DNA of 63,985 nucleotides, the filler included, from an uncultured Methanosarcinales archaeon (GTDB lineage: Archaea > Nanobdellota > Nanobdellia > Woesearchaeales > CAZKBD01): assembly GCA_964550945.1 (NCBI GenBank). It is 7 parts of 7 records of this genome, joined end to end, with 100 filler letters (N's around TTAATTAATTAA, not from the genome) between each part and the next. Parts side by side here need not be neighbours in the genome. Positions count along the whole stretch, not along the records: positions 1 to 10,719 come from CAZKBD010000065.1; positions 10,820 to 20,746 come from CAZKBD010000069.1; 5 more parts are not named here. One strand, given 5' to 3'. The notes under the pieces are model-generated. The model worked only from the letters and a program-made list of their open reading frames with translations, was not told the DNA's origin and made no database searches. The stretch's first letter is position 1; every line of letters begins with the position of its first letter. This document shows, one piece after another, positions 9,733 to 19,271 of the stretch. The position numbers and the translations under genes are program-made.

Positions 9733-9981
9733 ATGACAATGGCAGTAACTCAGGTTAGGTTGCCGCAAGGCATTATAGAAGAAGTAGATCGATTAGTAGA
9801 GAAGGGTTTCTACACCAATAAGTCTGATGTTGTAAGAGACGCGCTCAGAAGATTAATACTTGAAAAGCAAGTTGGCTCAATTTCAAACACAGGAGATTCT
9901 GTGAAGGAGATAAGGGCTATTCGAAAGAAACTCTCAAAAGAGGCATTTAATCTTGGCGCTATTAATAAGCTAGGAAAATAA
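9733..9981 (+). CDS. CopG/RHH family regulator (probable antitoxin)
   Basis: QVRLPQGIIEEVDRLVEKGFYTNKSDVVRDALR RHH signature; start uncertain (9712, 9733 or 9739). Confidence 0.8.
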   Translation: MTMAVTQVRLPQGIIEEVDRLVEKGFYTNKSDVVRDALRRLILEKQVGSISNTGDSVKEIRAIRKKLSKEAFNLGAINKLGK

Positions 9982-10416
9982 ATCTTCAGGTTTCTTTGCA
10001 ATTACATATTCCTTTGCAAAACTCATTAATTCATTATCTCTTGTAACAAGCACAAGATTTAACCTTTTACATATTGAAACATGAAGGCAGTCATAAAAGC
10101 TTATCTCAAATTCAGACTTAGATTCCAATTTTCTTGCAGCTGAATAATCTTCTTTTGTAACTTCAACAAATCTGAATTTAGATTCTCCTTTTAGGAATTC
10201 TGTTTTTTCTTTGAAGAGGGTTTCGTTATCTAGCTTAAACTGAATCTCTCTGAGAATCAGGCCAGAATAAATTATCTCTTTGTCTTCTGAAAACATAACT
10301 TTATTGATAAAATCTTCTGCTATTTTCCAGTAAGGGGCTCCTTTGCTTGAATCCCCTTCTTTCTTGAAAAGGTTTAGCCATATGCAGGAGTCCAGATAAA
10401 ATGATTTTTGTGCCAT
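9970..10416 (-). CDS. PIN domain protein (VapC-like)
   Basis: FYLDSCIW, E, SFYDCLH and LVTRD motifs. Confidence 0.88.
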   Translation of the reverse strand: MAQKSFYLDSCIWLNLFKKEGDSSKGAPYWKIAEDFINKVMFSEDKEIIYSGLILREIQFKLDNETLFKEKTEFLKGESKFRFVEVTKEDYSAARKLESKSEFEISFYDCLHVSICKRLNLVLVTRDNELMSFAKEYVIAKKPEDLFS

Positions 10417-10719
10417 AAATATAACTATTAAATACTCTGCTTAATAAAATTAACGTTAAACAACAGAATCCGAGCCAGCAATTTTGGCTAACATCGCACA
10501 GTGCTGTTAAATACTCCGACCTACGAGTGAAACGGAGTGGGGAGGACGAGGAAAGCCCGAAAGGGCGGTTTTGCGAAGCAAAATTCCGAAGAGTAAAATT
10601 TGAGTTCTATAAATTCGAGGCAAAGCCGAGACTATAAGTCCGCAGGACAGAGGGGGGGTCTGAGAGTTCATTCCACTGAGTGACAGCGATACTTCAAGAA
10701 CAAGGATTATGGACGTTTT

Positions 10720-10819
10720 NNNNNNNNNNNNNNNNNNNNNNNNNNNNNNNNNNNNNNNNNNNNTTAATTAATTAANNNNNNNNNNNNNNNNNNNNNNNNN
10801 NNNNNNNNNNNNNNNNNNN
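10720..10819. other. Artificial contig linker
   Basis: N44-TTAATTAATTAA-N44, stop codons in all six frames. Confidence 0.98.
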
Positions 10820-11457
10820 GCTCCGTTTAATCCATAAGTATTACAAAAGTCATCTATCACTGCATGAGTTATCACAATCCCTTCTGGCTGGCCAATTCCG
10901 CTCTTTCTTGCCCAATACCTTTTTAATTCGCCTTCTAATTGGTCTCTTCCGTGTTGGTCAGGCAAAGGCTGCAAGTCGGTATTAAAATTAGTTCTCAATA
11001 AATAGCCTATTGTTAGTAATCTTTCAAAATCTCTTGTTTCTTCAGGTTTGACTCTGTATTGAATTACATAAACAACTCCTCGTGAATTTGTAGGATTTTC
11101 CTCTACCATCCTTCTTACAGTTTCAGGTGTGCCTAGGTCATATCCAGCTTCTTGACTCATTAGCCATTTCTGGGTTTCAATGTAACCCTTCATGAGCACT
11201 TCGCTTAATCCAGTCCATGCAGTATAACTAATGCAATCTGTGACCTCATCTGGCAGTTCTATACCGGGGTTAGTCATTTCAGCAAAAGGATCACTTATAC
11301 GAGGGCCAATGTCCTCTCCCCCCCTAGCTAAATTTGCAAGCAAAGAAACAGCATCTGGGCTAGCATTTCTATTCACAACAACATCTGCAATACCCAAAGC
11401 ATTTCTAACAGCAGTGCTTAATCGTCCAAACGTAACTCTTCCAAAATAATTTAGCAT
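10820..11457 (-). CDS. Hypothetical protein (3' truncated by contig end)
   Basis: Long ORF with upstream TTTTTATA box; no recognisable motif. Confidence 0.6.
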
Positions 11458-11568
11458 TTTGATTGTTGTGAATACAACTGGCTATAAAAATATTTCGTAA
11501 GCAGTTCATCTTGGCTAAACCCAGATTCAAAAGTAACATTTATAATTAAAACTTAATTCTTAGACTAA

Positions 11569-12837
11569 ATGACAAAAATCTACATTGAAACTTATGGCTG
11601 CTCATTAAACCAGTCAGACAGCGAGTTAATGGCAGGGCTGCTGAAAAAGGCGGATTTTGAGATAGTGGAAAATATAGAGGATGCTGATGTTCTTATTGTC
11701 AATAGCTGCACTGTCAAAGGGCCTACAGAGAATAAATTCTTTAAAAGGCTGGAAGAAATCAGAAAAAAACTTCCTGATAAAAAAATAATAATTGCAGGCT
11801 GTATCGCACAAACAGACTCTGAAAAATTAGAGGGTTATTCCCTGATTGGGCCTTATCAGATAAACAGAATCGTAGAGGTTGTTGAAGAGACGATAAACGA
11901 TAATATTGTCACATTAATTGCTGAAGAGAGAAATCCGAGGCTCAATATCCCTAAGATCAGGAGGAATAATCTTGTTGAGATCATACCGATATGCGCTGGC
12001 TGTTTGGGAGAGCCTTGCTCTTATTGCAAAGTAAAATCAGCAAGAGGGAGTCTGTTTTCTTATGACCGACAAGAGATAATAAAACAGGCAAAAAAGGCAA
12101 TAGAAGATGGCTGCAAGGAGATTTGGCTGACAGCACAGGATACTGGCTGTTATGGAAAAGACATCAACAGCTCGCTGCCAGAGCTGTTAAGAGAGGTTGT
12201 AAACATTGAAGGAGATTTTTTTGTAAGGATAGGGATGATGAATCCAAATCACGCAATGGGCTTTTTAGATGAGCTTATTGAAGCTTACAAAAACCCAAAA
12301 ATATTCAAATTTCTGCACATACCTGTGCAATCTGGAAATAATGCGATCCTTAAGCTGATGAAAAGAAGGTATAATGTAGAAGACTTTAGAAAAATAATCA
12401 ATGAATTCAGAAGCAGGCTGGACAATATAACGGTCTCAACTGATATAATATGTGGGTTTCCAACAGAGTCTGAGGGGCAGTTTAAGGATAGCTTAAACCT
12501 AATCAGAGAGATTAAGCCAGACGTGTTGAACATATCCCGATTCTGGCCAAGGCCAAAAACAGAGGCAGCTGAAATGGAAAATCAAATAGGGGGATGGGAG
12601 ACAAAAAGAAGGTCACAGCTGCTGGCTGATATTTTTAATAATATCTCCAGGATGAATAATGAGAGATGGATCAATTGGCAAGGAAGCATAATTATAGATG
12701 AAAAAGGGAAGGATGATAGTTTTGTAGGCAGAAATTTTGCATATAAGCCTGTTGTCGTTAAAGGAAATTATAAGATTGGAGATACTGTTGATGTTAAAAT
12801 CAGAACAGTAACAAGTTTTGATTTAAGGGCAGAATGA
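11569..12837 (+). CDS. tRNA t6A37 methylthiotransferase (MiaB-like, archaeal MtaB type)
   Basis: UPF0004 N-domain (ETYGCSLN, VNSCTVK, AGC), radical-SAM cysteines, C-terminal TRAM (GRNFAYKPVV). Confidence 0.9.
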   Translation: MTKIYIETYGCSLNQSDSELMAGLLKKADFEIVENIEDADVLIVNSCTVKGPTENKFFKRLEEIRKKLPDKKIIIAGCIAQTDSEKLEGYSLIGPYQINRIVEVVEETINDNIVTLIAEERNPRLNIPKIRRNNLVEIIPICAGCLGEPCSYCKVKSARGSLFSYDRQEIIKQAKKAIEDGCKEIWLTAQDTGCYGKDINSSLPELLREVVNIEGDFFVRIGMMNPNHAMGFLDELIEAYKNPKIFKFLHIPVQSGNNAILKLMKRRYNVEDFRKIINEFRSRLDNITVSTDIICGFPTESEGQFKDSLNLIREIKPDVLNISRFWPRPKTEAAEMENQIGGWETKRRSQLLADIFNNISRMNNERWINWQGSIIIDEKGKDDSFVGRNFAYKPVVVKGNYKIGDTVDVKIRTVTSFDLRAE

Positions 12838-13589
12838 GCAGCAGCATTAGTTTGTGCATGATTGTGAAGGACGAACAGCCTGTTTTAGGGGGATTTCTTA
12901 ATAACATAAAAGGTTTTGTTGATGAAATGATTGTTGTGGATACAGGAAGCAAGGATAGGACAAAGGAAATTGCGAAGAAATTTACAAATAAGGTTTACGA
13001 TTACAGATGGGATGATGATTTCAGCAAAGCAAGAAATTTTTCTATTGCTAAGGCTACTAACGAATGGATTTTGGTTTTAGATGCAGATGAGACAATAAAC
13101 AAAAGAGATTTGATAAAAATTAAAAAAATAATCAATAAGAAAAATAACCTTGCAGGCTATTCCTTCTTGCAAAGAACATATGTGAAAGAAGAACTTCCAT
13201 TTAAATTCAAAAAAATTAAAAATAGGCTATACAAAGGATACACTTTCAGGAGAATAACTCGGCTGTTTAAAAATAATAAAAGAATAAGGTTTGAATATCC
13301 TATCCATGAGACGGTGGTTAATTCAATAAGGCGGATTAATGGCAGGATTCAGCCATTGGATATAACTATTGACCACTTTCCTTTATCCAAAAGTAAAAAG
13401 GATACCAATAATAAAAACAAACTATATTTAAGATTATTAAAAAAGAAAATTAAAAACTATCCAGAAGCGAAGTTCTATTGCGAATTGGGTATGCAATATC
13501 TTTTGATGAAGAACAAAAAAGAGGCTAAGAAATATCTCTTAAAAGCTGCAGATCTGAACAGCCATTATAAGCAATTCCTCAACATTTAA
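12834..13589 (+). CDS. Glycosyltransferase family 2 with C-terminal TPR-like helix pair
   Basis: ISLCMIVKDE, VDTGSKDRT, DFSKARN, WILVLDADE and IHE motifs. Confidence 0.88.
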   Translation: MSSSISLCMIVKDEQPVLGGFLNNIKGFVDEMIVVDTGSKDRTKEIAKKFTNKVYDYRWDDDFSKARNFSIAKATNEWILVLDADETINKRDLIKIKKIINKKNNLAGYSFLQRTYVKEELPFKFKKIKNRLYKGYTFRRITRLFKNNKRIRFEYPIHETVVNSIRRINGRIQPLDITIDHFPLSKSKKDTNNKNKLYLRLLKKKIKNYPEAKFYCELGMQYLLMKNKKEAKKYLLKAADLNSHYKQFLNI

Positions 13590-13595
13590 TTGATA

Positions 13596-13922
13596 TCAAC
13601 TAAAATATATGTCAACATCCTCAGGAGTCAGCATAACTCCTTGTTTTGGATCATGCACCTTAATTGGAACTTTGTCAATCTTGCTCATTCCAAGGCCTTT
13701 TCTGAAATTGATATTTCCGCATCTTAAACATCTAAAGTAAGGCCCCCATTTTCCACTCATAACCTCTAATGATTCTCCGCAAGCACATTTTATATCTAGA
13801 ATCTCTTTATCTTTGTGGGTTAGGCAGACAGGCACTCCCTGCGGATTTCTTGCTATTGCCCTTTTTTCGCAGAAAGGGCAGCTCTCTATCTTAGATTCGC
13901 CGTATCTTTTAGGGATATACAT
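13596..13922 (-). CDS. Cys-rich (zinc-binding) hypothetical protein
   Basis: CPFC, CLTH, CACG and CLRC motifs. Confidence 0.7.
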   Translation of the reverse strand: MYIPKRYGESKIESCPFCEKRAIARNPQGVPVCLTHKDKEILDIKCACGESLEVMSGKWGPYFRCLRCGNINFRKGLGMSKIDKVPIKVHDPKQGVMLTPEDVDIYFS

Positions 13923-14662
13923 TATTTTATAGCTCCTTTTTGCCAGTCTTTTAGTATTGTTTTGGCCATCCTCATCGTGTCTGGAATGCCTCCTTTCTTG
14001 AGAGTGTTGCTTTTTAATGCAATCTCTTCGATAGTCTCTTCCTTGTCTTCTTTTTCCTTAACACCATAAAATGATTCGATCTTTCCAGGGAATCTCTCCA
14101 TAAGCCCCATAACAACCAAGTCTGGCTCTTTTGTTTTTACAAAATCAATTGTTCCTATAAAAGCATGCTTCATAAAATCTTTTTCCTGATAGGGTATCAC
14201 TCCTGGAGTGTCTATAAGCATTATGCGGTTATCTGCTTTTACGTTTTGAAGCCCTCTTGTATGGCCGCTTAAGCTGCTTGTTGATGCTGCTTTTCTTCCT
14301 TTCATCGCGTTTATAAGTGAGGATTTGCCTACATTAGGGTAGCCGAGAACTCCAACTCTAACTTCTTTTTTGCCTATCCTCTTTGCTTCTATCAGTATCT
14401 TCTCTCTGAGCATCTTTATTCCATGATGCTCTTTTGCAGATACAAACACTGCTAAACCAAGCTCTTTTTTGTGCTTTTCGACTTCAGCCTTATCAGCTAA
14501 ATCGCATTTGGTAATCACATAAATCAATGGCTTGTTCAAATACTTCACTTTGTCCTCGATCTCCTGGTTTCTTGTTTCATCTACCAACCGGGCATCTAAG
14601 GTCATCAGAAGTATATCTGCTTGTATTATTACCTTGTTCACCATTCTCCAAAAATTAGGCAT
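13922..14662 (-). CDS. Circularly permuted GTPase (YlqF/RbgA family)
   Basis: DAR, TKCD (G4) before GYPNVGKSS (G1) and DTPG (G3). Confidence 0.9.
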   Translation of the reverse strand: MPNFWRMVNKVIIQADILLMTLDARLVDETRNQEIEDKVKYLNKPLIYVITKCDLADKAEVEKHKKELGLAVFVSAKEHHGIKMLREKILIEAKRIGKKEVRVGVLGYPNVGKSSLINAMKGRKAASTSSLSGHTRGLQNVKADNRIMLIDTPGVIPYQEKDFMKHAFIGTIDFVKTKEPDLVVMGLMERFPGKIESFYGVKEKEDKEETIEEIALKSNTLKKGGIPDTMRMAKTILKDWQKGAIK

Positions 14663-14714
14663 TATTTATAAGATATTGATTTGGTTTATAATGGTTGCTA
14701 AAGAGCGCCTAGGA

Positions 14715-15452
14715 TTAATTAGAATGCTTCCACAATAATTCAAACCATTTTCTGTATGAATCTGCAATATCCTTGTTTATTATCATGAAACATAAGGGGT
14801 TATCTCCTTTCCATAGCACATTAACAACCCGGTCTGCATATATGTTGATCACTGTAGGGCTTGAGTATTCTTTTGGCAGGAACCTATACTCTTGTAGCGG
14901 TATTTTTGTTATTGGCTTATTCCTCACTTCATAATCAAATAATAATCTTTGTTTTATTCCGGCTTTTACCCTTAGTTTAGTGAAGTTAGGAAAAAAATAT
15001 TTTAAAGCGGAATCTTCTTTGCCTACAGCGCCAAGCAAATAAAGATCCTTGCCTTGTTTTAGGACATCTTTCCTCATTGTCTTAAATCCTTCTTTTCCGT
15101 GTAAAACATGCGCTTCTGCATGGGGCTTTAATGGAGAGATATGCTTTTTTAACTCGGGAATGATCTTTTTGATCGAATCTTCTTTTTCATTTAGTTTTTG
15201 TTTTTGCTCTTCCATGTATGCAATCAGGTTATCAGGGTCTGCCGCTTCAAAGTATTTTATGTTGTTCTTGATCACATAGCTAACTAATCCCTTATCTGAC
15301 AGTCTGTTTATTGCTTCATATACCCGGCTTCTATGGAGAGAAAGCTCTCTCATTAATTCTCCTACTCTTATAGAGCCTGTTTTAAGCAATGTGGTGTAAA
15401 CATTTATTTCGCTGTTTGCCAGGCCTATTTCCTGGAATAGTTTTTGATCCAT
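14715..15452 (-). CDS. TrmB family transcriptional regulator
   Basis: GLANSEINVYTTLL...HRSRVYEAINRL..KGLVSY HTH; FE.LWK C-terminus; ATG at 15452 follows a TATA box. Confidence 0.88.
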   Translation of the reverse strand: MDQKLFQEIGLANSEINVYTTLLKTGSIRVGELMRELSLHRSRVYEAINRLSDKGLVSYVIKNNIKYFEAADPDNLIAYMEEQKQKLNEKEDSIKKIIPELKKHISPLKPHAEAHVLHGKEGFKTMRKDVLKQGKDLYLLGAVGKEDSALKYFFPNFTKLRVKAGIKQRLLFDYEVRNKPITKIPLQEYRFLPKEYSSPTVINIYADRVVNVLWKGDNPLCFMIINKDIADSYRKWFELLWKHSN

Positions 15453-15566
15453 AAGTGAAGTAATACGTTGAGATATATAAACTTTATGGTGTAGTCTTTT
15501 TAAAGGAGGACAAACCTTTATTAATAAGGACAAATCCACTAGATGTAGTTATTATTGAGTGATAAA

Positions 15567-15674
15567 ATGAAAACAACAAAAAGTAACGAAACTGAAATTT
15601 ATGGCGAATATCTGGAGCTTACCCAGCGTAAGTCGTTAGAACTCTATGACTGGTTTGAATTATTTGACAAATGA
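15567..15674 (+). CDS. 35-aa peptide MKTTKSNETEIYGEYLELTQRKSLELYDWFELFDK
   Basis: ATG preceded by SD-like GAGTGA; first ORF of the operon divergent from trmB. Confidence 0.5.
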   Translation: MKTTKSNETEIYGEYLELTQRKSLELYDWFELFDK

Positions 15675-15718
15675 GATGATGGTTTAGACTAATCAATTAA
15701 TTAAACAAAGGTGAGACT

Positions 15719-16582
15719 ATGGCAAATGACCAAACAAATCAAGAATACAACAGTTGTGTAATGTGCGCAGGAAATGTGCAAAGAAGCAATGTAATTTATG
15801 CAACAACATTCAAACGAATGGCTTCTTCAAATCCAGGAGCTCTACAGTGGTTTTCTATGGACAGAGCAGGCTCAAGAGTGCCTTATCTGCTTGCAGGAGC
15901 ATTGGAAGGCTCAGACTTGAAGGCTATGGGAAACATATTTGGCGCAGCAGGGAAGATGAATATTAGAGGTTATGATGCTCAAATTGTAACTGAAGTGAGT
16001 GAACTCTTCAAAGCAGACAAAGATAATTTTCCGATTGTGTTTGGACAATTAGCAGCTGACAAGCAAGTGGAAGCTCGTAGAGCATTTGTTGGATTAAGAG
16101 CTGAAGTTCACAGGACAGCTTATGAAAGGGCGTGTACTGCACTTGCAAATGAAGGAATTGACTCTCAATGGATTCCTGTGAATTTTAATAACCCACTCGA
16201 CACATCAAAGGGTTATCCCCTCATATTAGTAGCAGAAAAAGCTCTTGAAAAAGATGTAAGGAAAAGATATTATGATGGAGCGCAAACTGGCCAAGCAACT
16301 CCAGTAAACCAATTTATTTCTCATCCTGAGACATTTAGCGTTGAAATAAACCCCTTGGAAAAAATGGTTAACGCACCTGAAATTGTAGCAGTTGCAGAAT
16401 TGCCTCGCCTTGTTGAAGAAGCAATTCCTGAAGGCTCAATCTGGCAGGCATTAGGAACAATTAAAGACAATGTTGCAGCCACAGTTGAAGAGATGCAACA
16501 GACAGTAAGGCTATTCAAAGAGGCATCTCCAGAAATGGTTAGAATAGTTCTTGACTATGCAAACAGAAGCAGGGGTTGCTAG
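15719..16582 (+). CDS. Divergent low-molecular-weight phosphatase (LMW-PTP/ArsC-like) with insertion
   Basis: N-terminal P-loop VMCAGNVQRS (CxxNxxRS); C-terminal IKD in the expected general-acid position; GGTGA SD. Confidence 0.6.
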   Translation: MANDQTNQEYNSCVMCAGNVQRSNVIYATTFKRMASSNPGALQWFSMDRAGSRVPYLLAGALEGSDLKAMGNIFGAAGKMNIRGYDAQIVTEVSELFKADKDNFPIVFGQLAADKQVEARRAFVGLRAEVHRTAYERACTALANEGIDSQWIPVNFNNPLDTSKGYPLILVAEKALEKDVRKRYYDGAQTGQATPVNQFISHPETFSVEINPLEKMVNAPEIVAVAELPRLVEEAIPEGSIWQALGTIKDNVAATVEEMQQTVRLFKEASPEMVRIVLDYANRSRGC

Positions 16583-16664
16583 AACTAAAAATTATTTTTT
16601 TATTTTAATTATGACAATCAAATCCGTTGGTGTATAGTATGATATGTAAAAATAAGGTGAACAA

Positions 16665-17822
16665 ATGTCAGAAGAATCAGCTTCAGAAGGAGAGGAAAAT
16701 GAGGACTCAACTAGGGACAAGGAAGACGGAGACCAAGGTAGTGAAGGTTCTCAGCAAGAGTTAGATAATGATGAAGCTGAAAACCGAACAAGTAAACCTG
16801 AAGCAAAAAGATCAGAAAAACAGCATTCTAAAAAACCCGCAAGTCAGAGCAGACAATCTCTTGAAAGATTAACTGATAGCGGAGATTTATCTTCTGAACT
16901 TGAGAGAGCAATAGAAATGCTTTCGCAAGATCCTGACTCATTATCTGACCCAGAGAGAAGGGAGATAGGAAGGATTTTCTCGAAATATTTTGACAGGGGA
17001 GAGATAGAACTAGAGGGAGTTTGTAATGCAAACGGAGGAAGAAGTCCAGTAATACAGGTAATGTTGTATGATCTGTTAGCTAAGTATGGCATAAGCGCCT
17101 ATTTCACAATAACTTCAAGCGGTTCAAAATTGAATGCTGTGAAAACAAGAGAACTGCCAGGAGCGTTCAAGGCGAATATCATCAGAAAAGGAGTAAAGTA
17201 CAATAACGCAGTAAGGCAAATCTTAACAGCTGAAGAACTAGGAGAAGCGAAATATATCCTGGAACAATTAAGTTCAGCTGGAGATGATAAAGACCAAATC
17301 AACAGTATATACAAATCGAACCCTAAACTTAGAGGCCTTATTGACAAGATTGATAGGATATGCATAAGGGCGATGCATACTGATGAAGCAAGAACAAGGG
17401 ATATAGTCCTAAACGGGATGGGGCTTTATGGTATCTTGTTTGGTTGTTATTACAAAGGGAACGTCCCAGCAGAAGTCTTTCCTGGATTTTATGGTAATAG
17501 GATGCAGACTCAAGCCAGCGCAACAACAATCTACATTGCATCACAAAAATCCAATGCCACCGAGATCATTGAGATCTGTAAAAAATCAGGAGTTGACGAT
17601 CCAACTATCTACATAATAGATATAGAAGACGCGCTTGGAGGCTCAGACCAGACCTACAAAGCGACATTTACAGAGATAAGAGCACAATTAACTGCAAAAC
17701 TACCGACTATGGTCCATAACTATGCGCTATCTGTGGCTCGTAGACCTAATGTAGCATGCTCTAATACAATCCAATTAGGCGCATACAGAGACAGCACTAG
17801 ATCTGCACTGAGGGCAGCTTGA
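16665..17822 (+). CDS. Divergent LMW-PTP-like phosphatase with acidic N-terminal extension
   Basis: VCNANGGRSP P-loop, downstream ITSSG strand, DIEDALGGSDQTY resembling the DIxDP loop. Confidence 0.68.
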   Translation: MSEESASEGEENEDSTRDKEDGDQGSEGSQQELDNDEAENRTSKPEAKRSEKQHSKKPASQSRQSLERLTDSGDLSSELERAIEMLSQDPDSLSDPERREIGRIFSKYFDRGEIELEGVCNANGGRSPVIQVMLYDLLAKYGISAYFTITSSGSKLNAVKTRELPGAFKANIIRKGVKYNNAVRQILTAEELGEAKYILEQLSSAGDDKDQINSIYKSNPKLRGLIDKIDRICIRAMHTDEARTRDIVLNGMGLYGILFGCYYKGNVPAEVFPGFYGNRMQTQASATTIYIASQKSNATEIIEICKKSGVDDPTIYIIDIEDALGGSDQTYKATFTEIRAQLTAKLPTMVHNYALSVARRPNVACSNTIQLGAYRDSTRSALRAA

Positions 17823-17840
17823 TCAAAAGAGTGATATCTT

Positions 17841-19271
17841 ATGACAAGATTTTTCCTTCATGCAGCTGGTGAACAGCCAATAAACAAACATTTTATCCAT
17901 ATGGAGAGGCACCTATACAACCAGGACATCATCGGCTGCAGCCAAAGAGAGATTATTGTCTCGGCGCAACGAGGTTATGGCAACATCTATTGGTCATACG
18001 ACGATATAAAAAGACTTCACAAAGAAAGTGAGAATCTTCTTGATCCAAAAATAGCAAAGAAACTATTAGATGAATGCCAAAAAAAGGCGGATAATTATTG
18101 GAAGACAGCAAACCAGGTTTTAGGTAAACTAGACAATCATGTACAAAGATATGAATTAGCCAGCTTATATGACCAGTATATGCCTGCCATGAAAGACGCG
18201 CTGATCTATTTTATTACGATTTCTGACAAGATGACCTTTGCAGCAGAAGAACATCTCAAGCAAATCATAAGCAGCAAATTCCCTGATAATCCAGATGAAG
18301 TTTTCATATTGCTGACAACAAGCGCTGAGCCTGATTTGCTTTACGAAGAACTTAGGGATTGGTTAATATTGATTGAAAATCCTGATAAAGATAGAATTAT
18401 CCAACACACAAGGAAATATCCAATCCTGCTCCCCAATACATTTTCACAAGAACAGGCACTAACCTGGGCGTATAATCGCATAAAAGGAAAAAAAACCACT
18501 GTCGAGATCAGAAAAACAATCTCAGAGTCAGATACTAAACGAGAACAGCTAAAAAAAAGACAAAGTGAGATTCTTAATGAGCTGGACTCGATTAAGGCAG
18601 AACAACTTTCATGGTTTATCAGTAAAGCGTCTTTGGTCAGGTTGCTTCTGAAAGCCTGCTGGAATGGCGAAGCGTATTACATGCTGCCCCTGTATGAAAA
18701 AATTGCTAAGATAGCTAAATGTTCAATCAAAGACATTTATATGTTTTATACTTGGAGGGATATTAATGTTCTTTTGCATAATAACATCAATTTGTCAAAG
18801 ACGACTCTTGGAAAACGTAAGGAGCATTACCTTATGCATTATGTAAACTGGAAAATAATGATTTATGAAGGTGAAAAAGCATTAGGCGTTAAAAAATGGA
18901 TTTTAGATATAAATTTGCCCGATAAAACAATTACTTCTTTTTCAGGGAGGGTTGCAAATAAGGGCAAAGTGACAGGTAAAGTGAAATTAGTAAAAAGCGA
19001 CAATCCTGCAGTATTTCAAGAGATTGCAAACTCATTGACCAAAGAGCATATATTAGTCACTGGTATGACAAATCCTGCAATGATGGTTCTTATTGATAAA
19101 GTTAAAGGAATAATCACTGATGAAGGAGGCATAGCTAGCCATGCTGCAATTATCTCCAGAGAGTTAGGCATTCCATGCGTGGTTGGAACAAAAATAGCTA
19201 CAGAGGTGCTTAATGAGGGGGAGATAATAGAGCTAGATGCTGACAATGGAATCATTAAAAGAATAAAATGA
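17841..19271 (+). CDS. PEP-utilizing enzyme mobile (phospho-His swivel) domain fused to a large helical N-terminal domain
   Basis: ILVTGMTNP and ITDEGGIASHAAIISRELGIPCVVG with the catalytic His. Confidence 0.88.
   Translation: MTRFFLHAAGEQPINKHFIHMERHLYNQDIIGCSQREIIVSAQRGYGNIYWSYDDIKRLHKESENLLDPKIAKKLLDECQKKADNYWKTANQVLGKLDNHVQRYELASLYDQYMPAMKDALIYFITISDKMTFAAEEHLKQIISSKFPDNPDEVFILLTTSAEPDLLYEELRDWLILIENPDKDRIIQHTRKYPILLPNTFSQEQALTWAYNRIKGKKTTVEIRKTISESDTKREQLKKRQSEILNELDSIKAEQLSWFISKASLVRLLLKACWNGEAYYMLPLYEKIAKIAKCSIKDIYMFYTWRDINVLLHNNINLSKTTLGKRKEHYLMHYVNWKIMIYEGEKALGVKKWILDINLPDKTITSFSGRVANKGKVTGKVKLVKSDNPAVFQEIANSLTKEHILVTGMTNPAMMVLIDKVKGIITDEGGIASHAAIISRELGIPCVVGTKIATEVLNEGEIIELDADNGIIKRIK

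Noticed and set aside
6421..10719. CRISPR array interpretation of the repeats
   Set aside because: Repeats are degenerate, irregularly spaced, separated by whole genes, and no cas genes are present
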